Source of the DNA: Candidatus Bathyarchaeota archaeon
GTDB lineage: Archaea > Thermoproteota > Bathyarchaeia > Bathyarchaeales > Bathycorpusculaceae
Reading direction: 5' to 3'
DNA: 64,000 nt
Assembly (NCBI GenBank): GCA_963806535.1
Contig: CAWDYC010000011.1
Span: 32,001 to 96,000, forward strand
The translations under genes were made by a program, and so were the position numbers. Position 1 is the first letter of the stretch; the number at the start of each line of letters is the position of its first letter. This document shows positions 54,238-62,722 of the stretch, piece after piece. The notes beneath the pieces were generated by a model. That model searched no databases, was not told where the DNA came from, and worked only from the letters and a program-made list of their open reading frames with translations.

Positions 54238-57120
54238 TTACTCAATATATATGGCTGGTTGATAGGGCATAGACATTGCTGATCGTTGCTTAGGATCATA
54301 TTGGTTTATATCATCTTCGCTGTATACCGATACTTCAGCATTGAAGCGTTCCTTCAAAAAGCTAATCGCGCTTACCAAAAGTTCTTTTTCGTCAATAGCT
54401 TTGATTTTTAGTATGTTGTTTTTTCTGTTGCTTGGCAGTTTAGTTAAAGCCTTAATTATTTTTGGGACCATGCCTGCAACATCCTTCATATGTGGCTTCA
54501 AATCTTTGTCTGCAGCAAATTCTTTCATTAAATCGCCAATTTTTGCCTCGCCAGAAACGGTTTTCTCTAAAACTTTAAAGTATATTTGTGACTTCCATGA
54601 TGCAGCGGTGTAGTAGCAAACTCGTTTTGGCGTAATCTTCATTGCTTTTAGAATATTAGAGGTGTCCGACATCACATCAGTTATCAGGTTTTCCTGTTCT
54701 TCAGCGGCAATGTCCACTTTCGTTTCATCATAAACCGGCCATTGCGCTACGCTAATAAAACACGGTTCGCCTGTTTGGCTCCAAAGTTCCTCAGTTAGGA
54801 AAGGTGCGAACGGTGCAAGCATTTTAAGCCAAAGCATAACTGCTTCCCGCAGCGCTTTTGCATCGCTGTTGCCTTTTCGTTGAATGTACCAGCGCAGGTC
54901 GTTCCAAGTTTCAAATAATGCTGTTTGGAGGGCGGTTCTGGTTTTTAGTTCATCTAAGCTGGCGGTGACTTCTTTTATTCGATGTTGAAGTCTGCTTATT
55001 AGCCAGCTTTCAAGTGCTGTGTTTTCTTCTTTTTTGGCGTTAATGATTATTCCACTAGCAAAACTTATCAGCCCTTCAAACTTTCCTTGCAAATCGCTTA
55101 CGTTTTCAGCTCGCCAGTCAGGGTCGTCCATACCTTCAGCACCCAGTAATAGAGCACACCGGGTGGCGTCGGCTCCATATTTTTCAATTGCACCCTTCAT
55201 TGTTATGAAGTTACCCTTGCTCTTGTGCATCCCCTGCCCTTCAACCATAAGCATGCCATTCACCCCAATTGCTTTGGGCCAATGCTCTGGCGGAAACAGG
55301 GCAGCATGATGAAAGATGCAGAATGTTAAGTGGTTTGGCACGAGCTCTTTTGCGGAGTTTCTCAGATCAAATGGATACCAGTACAAGAATTCACTTCGCA
55401 TAGAGTCTAGTAAATTAGCTTTTATTCCAGCAGATTTTTCAAGTTGCTCCGAGATGCCTTTCCCGTAGAAAACGTAATCGAAAACCTCAGGCGTTAACGC
55501 TTCCGGCTTTATCTTGTTTTGTCTTATATGTTTGTTTATTGTGTAGAACGCCATGTAAACTGTGGAGTCACTCAAGGTCTCAATTATCCAACCTTTTCCC
55601 CAGGGCAACGGTGTTCCGAAACCCGTTGTTCTTGCGCAAGCCCATTCCCTTAGCCAATCTATAACAGTATAGAAGGATTGCTTGGCTGATTCAGGGTAAA
55701 TTGTCATTTGAGCTACAGCTTCTTTTGTTTTCGCTTTCCATTGCGGATCGGAGTAGTTTAGAAACCATTGGTCCGAGAGAATTTTTACTATGCACTGAGT
55801 CATGCATCTGCAAACCACCTGCTCAGGCAAATCATACATGCAGTCAGCTACACCCTGCTTGAGAAAGTCGGCGATAATTGTTTCTTTTACTTCTCGAACG
55901 GTCTTTCCAGCGTAAGGACCACAATTCGCTTTCAGAATGCCGCCGTGGAATTCTTTTTTGTAGAGTGCTTTTGTGGCTTCGTCGGCTTTTGGGTCGTGCT
56001 GGTCTTTGATGCACATTTGCTGGACAATTTCTACTGCCGGGTAGTCGCCGTAACCGTCAACTTTGATAATTGAGATTGGCTTGATTTGCTTTACCATCTC
56101 TGGATCTACACCAAACTCAGCTAGAATCTCTGGTTTTTGCTGCAAATCCTTCAGAGCCAACCAATCGTATGGTGCGTGAGCCGGCACACTGTAAACTACT
56201 CCTGTAGCGGTTTTTGGATCTACAAACCAACCTGGCAAAATGGGAAACTTTTCTTTTGTTACTGGGTTTTCGAAGATTTTGCCGATTAACTCTTTTCCCT
56301 TAAAGAATCTTTTTACAATTATTTTCTTTTCTTGTTCTTTGAGTTTTTCAGCGGCTTCTTGGCTAATAATCCAGTTTTCGCCATTAACGTTTGCTTCAAC
56401 ATATGTGGCGTCTGGGTTTATCCATATGTTAGTAATGCCATAGATGGTTTCTGGACGAAAAGTTGCTGCAGGCAAAAACGTGTTTTCATCAAGTTTGTAT
56501 TTTATGAGCGTATATTGCTCCGGAGTAACGCCTTCACCTATTTGGCGGTCATGGTCTCCCGTTGGACTTTGATCTTTTGGACACCAAACAACTGGGTGCG
56601 TTCCACGAGTGACATAGCCTTTTTCTCTCAGGTTCCTGTATTGCCACTCAATGAATTTTTGGAAAGTAGGCATAACGGTTGTAAACTCTCGTCTCCAATC
56701 TACAGAGAAACCCACGCCTTTAACGGCCAAGCGTCCTTCATCGGTATAATACTGAGCCATATAAATGGGATCAACAAATTTCTTGAGTTCAGCTTCTGGC
56801 ACCCCGTCAACTTCTCTGAGAACTCGAATGTAAGCTTCATCGCCTCGAGCTACACGTTGACTCGCTCCCAGCAGTGGTTGCCCCGTCCAATGCCAACCCC
56901 AAGGCCAAAGCACATTGTAACCTTGCATACGCTTGAACCTGGCATAAGCATCAACCCGCGAGGCTGTAAAAGTGTGTCCTACATGAAGAGGACCGTTCAT
57001 GTATGGAAACGGAAAAGTCACCATTATTTTCTTTCTTTTTGGGTCAGGGTCAGCCTCAAAAATATGAGCGTTTTCCCATTTCGCTTGCCATTTCTGTTCA
57101 ATTTGCTTGGTTTGGCTCAT
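54238..57120 (-). CDS. leuS: Leucine--tRNA ligase (archaeal type)
   Basis: PYMNGPLHVGH, ATFRPET, SVPAHAPYD, IETLSDST.Y, GMHKSKGN. Confidence 0.97.
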   Translation of the reverse strand: MSQTKQIEQKWQAKWENAHIFEADPDPKRKKIMVTFPFPYMNGPLHVGHTFTASRVDAYARFKRMQGYNVLWPWGWHWTGQPLLGASQRVARGDEAYIRVLREVDGVPEAELKKFVDPIYMAQYYTDEGRLAVKGVGFSVDWRREFTTVMPTFQKFIEWQYRNLREKGYVTRGTHPVVWCPKDQSPTGDHDRQIGEGVTPEQYTLIKYKLDENTFLPAATFRPETIYGITNIWINPDATYVEANVNGENWIISQEAAEKLKEQEKKIIVKRFFKGKELIGKIFENPVTKEKFPILPGWFVDPKTATGVVYSVPAHAPYDWLALKDLQQKPEILAEFGVDPEMVKQIKPISIIKVDGYGDYPAVEIVQQMCIKDQHDPKADEATKALYKKEFHGGILKANCGPYAGKTVREVKETIIADFLKQGVADCMYDLPEQVVCRCMTQCIVKILSDQWFLNYSDPQWKAKTKEAVAQMTIYPESAKQSFYTVIDWLREWACARTTGFGTPLPWGKGWIIETLSDSTVYMAFYTINKHIRQNKIKPEALTPEVFDYVFYGKGISEQLEKSAGIKANLLDSMRSEFLYWYPFDLRNSAKELVPNHLTFCIFHHAALFPPEHWPKAIGVNGMLMVEGQGMHKSKGNFITMKGAIEKYGADATRCALLLGAEGMDDPDWRAENVSDLQGKFEGLISFASGIIINAKKEENTALESWLISRLQHRIKEVTASLDELKTRTALQTALFETWNDLRWYIQRKGNSDAKALREAVMLWLKMLAPFAPFLTEELWSQTGEPCFISVAQWPVYDETKVDIAAEEQENLITDVMSDTSNILKAMKITPKRVCYYTAASWKSQIYFKVLEKTVSGEAKIGDLMKEFAADKDLKPHMKDVAGMVPKIIKALTKLPSNRKNNILKIKAIDEKELLVSAISFLKERFNAEVSVYSEDDINQYDPKQRSAMSMPYQPAIYIE

Positions 57121-57547
57121 GAAACTTGTTGATTAAGCCATTAGCTATTAAGAGTTTTGCTTCGGCTTTTTCTACGGATTGTTTGTTTAGAGATTTTTGG
57201 CTTTGTTTGAATTTTTTTGGTTGCAGTTTGGTTTGGTTGTTTTTTTAATCAGAACTTGAAACGGTTGTGCGTTGTGAAGACGCCAAAAGAAATAGAAAAA
57301 TCTTTCAGCGACTACCTATAGGTCAAAATATATACGTTTTGTCAGTACAATTGTATATACAGACGTTATTTAATGATTTTGTCACGATTAAGAACAGCAA
57401 CATTTGCGTTGCCATTTTTGAACAAAGAAATTCAGACTGTTTTTCAAAAGCAGAATCTAAATCCTTTACAGACTGCCTAAACAGAAATCTCAAGACTGTG
57501 TGGCCGCAGTAATGGTTTTAGGATTAAAGCAAAGCGTAAACCAAATA

Positions 57548-57877
57548 TTATTTTTTGAGTCCACCAAGTTTCTTGGTGAGCTCATCAAATATGAGATATT
57601 TCTTTTCTTTGCCTAAATGAAAGACAACTTTAGAAACCATTTCTTCTGAGATGGTAAAGATATAGTTTAATTTTATGACGCTGTCTTTTATTGCGCCTTC
57701 ACTCTTAGTTAGCGGTATTCCTTTCATCTTGAGATTGCTCGTTATGCCGGCTATCACAACGTTTCCTAATTCTTCGAACAGAACTACTGCTGGCCTAGTC
57801 TTCACTTCAGCGGTTTCTGTAAACTGTACACTTGCAACGATAATATCTCCAGGTTTAAGCATCTTTCCAAGCCTCAT
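57548..57877 (-). CDS. PemK/MazF-family endoribonuclease toxin
   Basis: GDII...F......K.RPAVV......ITS. Confidence 0.88.
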   Translation of the reverse strand: MRLGKMLKPGDIIVASVQFTETAEVKTRPAVVLFEELGNVVIAGITSNLKMKGIPLTKSEGAIKDSVIKLNYIFTISEEMVSKVVFHLGKEKKYLIFDELTKKLGGLKK

Positions 57878-58082
57878 CTTCCTCGTTGTCCCATAATTCT
57901 TTCATTTTTGCTTGCTGAATCTTGTGAATAAACTCGTCATATTGGCTTTTTTTCTTGGAATCTTTTGCTATCTTTATTAAATCGGAAATAGTTTCATTGT
58001 ATGTTTCTCTTGGATACTTTCTAATGCTTTTTAGCTCCTTAACGACTGATTTCTTAAGCTGTATTGTAGTGGCTTCTTTCAT
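57855..58082 (-). CDS. Antitoxin partner (RHH-like)
   Basis: TTIQL....KEL...RETY.E.I..L; acidic tail ELWDNEEDEAW; overlaps the toxin. Confidence 0.75.
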   Translation of the reverse strand: MKEATTIQLKKSVVKELKSIRKYPRETYNETISDLIKIAKDSKKKSQYDEFIHKIQQAKMKELWDNEEDEAWKDA

Positions 58083-58192
58083 TATACATCGCCTATAACT
58101 CACTATAACAAATTATATATAACTTTCGCATCATGGCTCAACGCAACTTTCAATAAAGGACTCACCTTAAGCCTATATACAAAGATTAAGTT

Positions 58193-58283
58193 CTACGCTT
58201 TTATGAAGAAGCAGAGAAACGCAAAGAACCACATAACTTCTACTGCGCTTGGTCTTTCGCAAACCCTCAGAATTTTTTTTGAA
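58193..58283 (-). repeat. Module D copy 2 (between exported gene and MazF-type TA pair)
   Basis: Reverse complement matches 35610-35714 minus a ~19-nt insertion. Confidence 0.8.
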
Positions 58284-58295
58284 ATACTGCAAATT

Positions 58296-58964
58296 TTACG
58301 CTACCTTCGTTTTTCGATGCCTTCTATAAAGCAATAGAGATGCAATGACAGCCACTATAACTATTGTAATAACAACTAAAATTGTCGAAGTTGGAAAAGG
58401 TTCTGGTTTAGTTAGTTTTTGTGAGTACATCTCATTCAAGAAGATTAAAGTGGCAAAACTATGGGAACCGTCATGTGTATTAACGTAGACCGTCAATGTA
58501 TGGTTTCCATAAGGAATTTCGCTGAAATTTACAGTTATTGAGGCATTAATTGAGTCTGCACCACCAGTTGGCTGGATGCCGAATATTTGGTGAATACCGT
58601 TAATCCAATCTGCTTGGTAATAAACACTGTTAATTACCCAAAAATACGAAGCTACGTTTACGCTTAATGTAAAGTTGTTCGTTTGCAATACAGTTTGATT
58701 TTGAGGAAATACTATTTCACAGATTGGAGGTATATGTTCAAGTTCATCTGCGGGCGGCTGAATAACAGATGAATTTGTGTGCCAAAGTGTAAAAGAAACA
58801 GTTGGTTCTGGAGGTGTCAAAGTTGCAATAGGTGTAGGTTCAAGAGTAGGTGACAAAGCAGTGGCTGTATAAAGGAGCCCTTTTTGTTGATTAGAAAAGT
58901 TAACTGCGACAAAAGCTAAAGCAATTATTGTGATAAGCGTTAATGCAACTTTTTTTTTCTTCAG
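58296..58964 (-). CDS. Exported Ig-like protein with PEPFPT-TM-RRHRKT anchor
   Basis: ORF 58296..58856 extends upstream in frame through KVALTLITIIALAF (signal); start near 58964 is obscured by an A-run. Confidence 0.7.
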   Translation of the reverse strand: MKKKKVALTLITIIALAFVAVNFSNQQKGLLYTATALSPTLEPTPIATLTPPEPTVSFTLWHTNSSVIQPPADELEHIPPICEIVFPQNQTVLQTNNFTLSVNVASYFWVINSVYYQADWINGIHQIFGIQPTGGADSINASITVNFSEIPYGNHTLTVYVNTHDGSHSFATLIFLNEMYSQKLTKPEPFPTSTILVVITIVIVAVIASLLLYRRHRKTKVA

Positions 58965-59000
58965 GAGAACCCCCTGATTTAAAAGAATATGAAGGCGTGA

Positions 59001-59046
59001 CTTTTAGCTCTCCCTAAAGAACAGGCTGTTCCACCAGAAGAACAAG
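59001..59046 (-). promoter_or_regulatory. Module B copy 1: GGAACA-N3-TGTTC palindrome plus GGGAGAGCTAAAAG promoter block
   Basis: Matches 62575-62621; both lie 35-80 nt upstream of (M/L)KK..ALxL signal-peptide genes. Confidence 0.7.
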
Positions 59047-59057
59047 TGGTTTGAATT

Positions 59058-59133
59058 AAAAGGCTTCTCGTAAAGGTCTCTTGACTAAAATCAGTCAAGG
59101 TTTATTGACTATTTTTTGAGTGACGCAATTTAA
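59058..59133 (-). repeat. Module A copy 4
   Basis: Reverse complement: AATTGCGTCACTCAAAAAATAGTCAA-TAAACC-TTGACT-N6-AGTCAA-GAGACC-TTTACG-AGAAGCCTTTT. Confidence 0.85.
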
Positions 59134-59259
59134 TATGACAAATCAGATGATTCTATATGAGTCTCTAAATTTTAGAGCCAATACACAACATGTAAGAAGG
59201 TCCAAGCCAAAAAAGTCTTATATGTACTTGATTTTAACATACAGAAGAGCGCGATCAAT

Positions 59260-59640
59260 ATGGTGGATAATACAGAGACAAAAATTAAACAAGATCTGTT
59301 TGCTGAAATCCAAAATTTAGAACAAAATTATAAAGTTATCAAAAGTTTTCTTTCCGGAACAGACTATGACGCCATAACTCTCGGCGGAACAATTCAATCC
59401 TTCAAAGACGGCTTAAGTCGAGCCAGCGCATTTGTTCTTGCCCTATACAACCTCAAAGGAAAACGAGTTAACATTCCATGGGAACCACTTTTTACCAGCT
59501 TAGATTACGCTTTAGCCACAGTCACCGTTTCTTCATCGCCAAAACAGAAAACAGCAGTCAAAACTATTCTGTCAATGTCTGAAGAACAGATTGGGCAAGT
59601 ACTGTCTTACTTTGCCGCTCTGAAAGAATCGCTAAAATAA
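59260..59640 (+). CDS. Hypothetical helical protein
   Basis: 126-aa ORF with an upstream TATA-like TTATA. Confidence 0.6.
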   Translation: MVDNTETKIKQDLFAEIQNLEQNYKVIKSFLSGTDYDAITLGGTIQSFKDGLSRASAFVLALYNLKGKRVNIPWEPLFTSLDYALATVTVSSSPKQKTAVKTILSMSEEQIGQVLSYFAALKESLK

Positions 59641-59787
59641 AAACGGTTCTTTTATTCAATATAGCTCTTCTTTTGATTGAAAAAAGTCTCTATTAATAAC
59701 TTGACCTTTTTTTGAAAAATTGTGTAAAAAAAATTCAATGCGTCATAGTTATTAATTTTCAAAGTAAATCGAGTGCCCATTTATTGT

Positions 59788-59810
59788 TGGGAACTAAAAT
59801 TTAGTGCACA
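59788..59810. repeat. Palindrome P copy
   Basis: TGGGAACTAAAATTTAGTGCACA (reverse complement TGTGCACTAAATTTTAGTTCCCA). Confidence 0.7.
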
Positions 59811-59933
59811 CACACAAAATTTTTTAGATTAGAGTTTTCTGCTCGGCACATTCTACTGGTGTATAGGCGCGTCAGAGTTTAAGGCAAAAGTTATTATCTG
59901 TTGCTCAAAGACAACAGCAGCGGAAGTACTTGA

Positions 59934-60482
59934 GTGAAAACAGGTAAAATCCTGAAGAGCTTCAACGCCAAAGACAGAAGAAATGTAATTCTAAGGACGC
60001 CAAGAATGGAAGACTTAGACGATTTATTAGATCTGATCAACTCGCTTGTTGATGAGAATGCGGAGATTTTGATTACTCGGAAATTTACGCGAGAGGAAGA
60101 GGCGGAATGGCTTACTAATGCGTTGTTACGACTGGAAAAGAATGAGGTTTTCTTTCTTGTTGCAGCAGTGAATGGGGCGGTTGTTGCTTCGTCCGACCTT
60201 CAGCTTCAAGATGAAAGTCAAGAATGCACTGGATTGATAGGAATAATTGTGAAAAACGGTTACAGGGATTTGGGAATTGGGACTGAGATTATGAAAACTC
60301 ATTTTGAGAAGGCAGTGTTTTTTGGGTTAAAGGTTTTGACTGTGAATGTTTTTGCCACGAATCAGCGGGCAATTCACGTTTACGAAAAAGCTGGGTTTTT
60401 TCAAACGGAGAGAATTTCGCAGAAGCATTTTAGACAAGGTAGATTCATTGATGAAGTCATAATGAAAAAATCAATTTGTTGA
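59934..60482 (+). CDS. GNAT N-acetyltransferase
   Basis: YRDLGIGT, V.ATN.RAI.VYEK.GF. Confidence 0.9.
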   Translation: MKTGKILKSFNAKDRRNVILRTPRMEDLDDLLDLINSLVDENAEILITRKFTREEEAEWLTNALLRLEKNEVFFLVAAVNGAVVASSDLQLQDESQECTGLIGIIVKNGYRDLGIGTEIMKTHFEKAVFFGLKVLTVNVFATNQRAIHVYEKAGFFQTERISQKHFRQGRFIDEVIMKKSIC

Positions 60483-60486
60483 ATGT

Positions 60487-60510
60487 TGCTGGATTAAATT
60501 TTAATGGACA
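60487..60510. repeat. Palindrome P copy
   Basis: TGCTGGATTAAATTTTAATGGACA, 5 nt after the GNAT stop. Confidence 0.7.
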
Positions 60511-60619
60511 TACTCAAGCCTTTAATTCATTTGCAGATAGGCTTTCCAGCTGAGTCACTATCGTGTAGGGAAAGACGACCCTAAGCGAAATAATTGCATA
60601 AAAGAAAAAGTTTTAGCTT

Positions 60620-61045
60620 CTATGCGAAGCTAACAAATTTTTTCGGTTGATTATTCGTTGCAAAAGTCCAGAAGTGAGCTGTGCATTTGATGATTTTAAA
60701 GAGTATCAGCCCTGGGTTTTCCGGTGTTAGTCCTGCCTGTTTTAGGAAGGGTCTGGCGTCAAGAAGTTTCTTTTTCATTTCTACGTCATTAATGAATTCA
60801 ACTGTGCCTGTTACTCTCATTTGCTGCATTTCTTTGCTTTTAGGGTTAAAGAAGCATACTTCAACTTGAGGTTTAGCTTTCAACTGTTTATAGATGTCTT
60901 TTCCAGCGGCAGAGCTGTAATATAGACCTGACTTGTCGGCGTACCAAAGTTGAAATCCTCTGACTCGAGGTTGTCCACTATCTATAGTTGCTAAGAAGCC
61001 TATTGGATTTTCATTTGCAAACTTGATATATTCGTCAAAATCCAT
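60620..61045 (-). CDS. Pyridoxamine 5'-phosphate oxidase-like FMN-binding protein
   Basis: FLAT....QPRVR, K..YKQL..NP.VE.C, R.TG. Confidence 0.88.
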   Translation of the reverse strand: MDFDEYIKFANENPIGFLATIDSGQPRVRGFQLWYADKSGLYYSSAAGKDIYKQLKAKPQVEVCFFNPKSKEMQQMRVTGTVEFINDVEMKKKLLDARPFLKQAGLTPENPGLILFKIIKCTAHFWTFATNNQPKKFVSFA

Positions 61046-61148
61046 CTAAATCACCAAATTACTATTTCATCACCCTGAAAGTAATAACTTTTGGTTTACT
61101 ATATGACGGATTCGCTTCGTTTTTTAAATTCTGGTGCTTAGACTATGG

Positions 61149-61170
61149 TGTGCATTAAATTTTAATCCCA
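61149..61170. repeat. Palindrome P copy
   Basis: TGTGCATTAAATTTTAATCCCA. Confidence 0.75.
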
Positions 61171-61197
61171 CCGACATATGTTAAGGATAGGTGTTTT

Positions 61198-61320
61198 TCA
61201 AAACCAGTTTTTTGACAATATTTCTCTGCAAACTTTGCAAACACTAAATATTGTTTCGCTTTCATAGACAATTTCGGTCTCAGTTGAACTGCACGAAGGA
61301 CATTCATCATTAGTTTTCAT
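61198..61320 (-). CDS. 40-aa Zn-ribbon microprotein
   Basis: MKTNDECPSCSS...SVCKVCREILSKNWF. Confidence 0.5.
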   Translation of the reverse strand: MKTNDECPSCSSTETEIVYESETIFSVCKVCREILSKNWF

Positions 61321-61656
61321 TTTTAAGCACTTTCTAAAATTTGTTTGCGCCTGAGCTTTTGGCGTTTCTTTTGGTTTTTCATTTAGTATTCTCTTGATGG
61401 AAGCTTGTAAACATGCTTTTGTGTTCCAGTTTCTGCGTGTCTTGGTTAATTCTTTGAGGTTTAACGAAAATAAGTCTTATGAATCAATAATATGAATCAC
61501 GCACTTTCCTTAGGAAATGTATGTTTATTGAAATATGTGTCTTAACTTCTAATTAATACATACATTATCTTACCTACCTGCCACAGAAAGAAATTTTTTT
61601 AACTCTTCCAGTAGGTTCAATTTAATATCTAAAACCGTCAGAAACGTAAATGTGTG

Positions 61657-61677
61657 TGGGATTAAATTTTAATCCCA
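61657..61677. repeat. Palindrome P, perfect copy
   Basis: TGGGATTAAA-T-TTTAATCCCA. Confidence 0.8.
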
Positions 61678-61779
61678 AACCCAAACGTCCGCATCCACGC
61701 GCCCGTGTATGTGTCTGTGTCTCTAACTATCTGTCGCTTGCTCTGTCAATCTGTCCCTGTAAGCCCATGTCTGTCACTC

Positions 61780-62541
61780 TCACCGTTTGTGTTTCTTGAA
61801 GTAAACCAACAAACCAGCAACTACAACGGATGTTAATGCGCCTGAACTCATGGCAACTGTTGAAGTTGGAAAAGGCGCGGGTTGTGATATGGTGAAGTTT
61901 ATTGTTTCAGAGGGTCCAATGTTTCCGGCAAGGTCTTGAGCGTAGACTGTAACGTTATGCTCTTGAAAAGACAAATTGGCTAATGTTGTGTTTCCAGCAA
62001 CGGTTACATTGTCCTGTCCATCTAAAGAATAACCAATCCATGAGGTAGGTTCATCTATTGTGAAATTTAATGACAAGTTGTTTTGGCTGTAAGTTTTGTT
62101 TTCAGGTGATAGATTTGTTATGATTGGAGGTTTTCCGTCATCTATCGTAAAGTAGGCTGTAGCATTATCCAAAAAAGTGTGCGGTGGAGTAGTGTCCCAT
62201 TGAATTTCTTCATAAACAGTAACGTTGTGTGAGCCCTCCGGCAATTTTGGTATAATTCCTGACCCTGTAACTGTTATTTGAAATGACATGTTGTGAGTTT
62301 GAGTTATAAGAGGAATTGAAAAATTGTCTTTTCCGTCTACGCTGTAAGTCATCGAATAATAGATATTATTTGCCCCTAAGCCACCAGAACGTACACTTAG
62401 ACCTAACGGCGAGCCAGAATTATAGGTACTGTTAGTAGGATATAAAATGTCAACAGCTTTGACCACCTTGACAACCTGAACCCCAAAAATAAGTACGAAA
62501 AGCATCAAGAATAGAATTAATGCCAATGCAGTTTTCTTCAT
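61780..62541 (-). CDS. Exported Ig-like protein with PFPT-TM-KKHKR anchor
   Basis: MKKTALAL signal, YSVDG and WIGYSLDG.DN.T..GN.TL repeats. Confidence 0.82.
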   Translation of the reverse strand: MKKTALALILFLMLFVLIFGVQVVKVVKAVDILYPTNSTYNSGSPLGLSVRSGGLGANNIYYSMTYSVDGKDNFSIPLITQTHNMSFQITVTGSGIIPKLPEGSHNVTVYEEIQWDTTPPHTFLDNATAYFTIDDGKPPIITNLSPENKTYSQNNLSLNFTIDEPTSWIGYSLDGQDNVTVAGNTTLANLSFQEHNVTVYAQDLAGNIGPSETINFTISQPAPFPTSTVAMSSGALTSVVVAGLLVYFKKHKR

Positions 62542-62574
62542 GCACCCTCACACCAAACTATTTGTGGTAAGCGG

Positions 62575-62621
62575 CTTTTAGCTCTCCCTAGAGAACACTT
62601 TGTTCCGCAAAAAGAACGAAG
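62575..62621 (-). promoter_or_regulatory. Module B copy 2
   Basis: CTTTTAGCTCTCCCTAGAGAACACTTTGTTCC matches 59001-59032. Confidence 0.7.
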
Positions 62622-62676
62622 AATAATAGCAGAAGAGATTGAAACGCATCTAACATTTCCCCCCAAGAATTTTGAT

Positions 62677-62722
62677 TTCTCGCAAAAATCTTTTGACCGC
62701 GATAAGTTAAAGTTTGTTTACA
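62677..62722 (-). repeat. Module A copy 5 (degenerate), overlapping the stop of the upstream gene
   Basis: Reverse complement: GTAAA-CAAACT-TTAACT-N6-GGTCAA-AAGATT-TTTGCG-AGAA. Confidence 0.6.

Noticed and set aside
26323-57132. Long antisense ORFs (26323..27180, 43539..44027, 48150..48635, 50042..50518, 56332..57132)
   Set aside because: They lie opposite well-supported genes (gatE, nitroreductase/SDR, apgM, kinase, leuS) and have no recognisable motifs.
57305-57362. Short palindromes (ACCTATAGGT, TACAATTGTA, TATATAC..GTATATA) near the island 2 boundary
   Set aside because: Short, AT-rich and single-copy in this window; could arise by chance.
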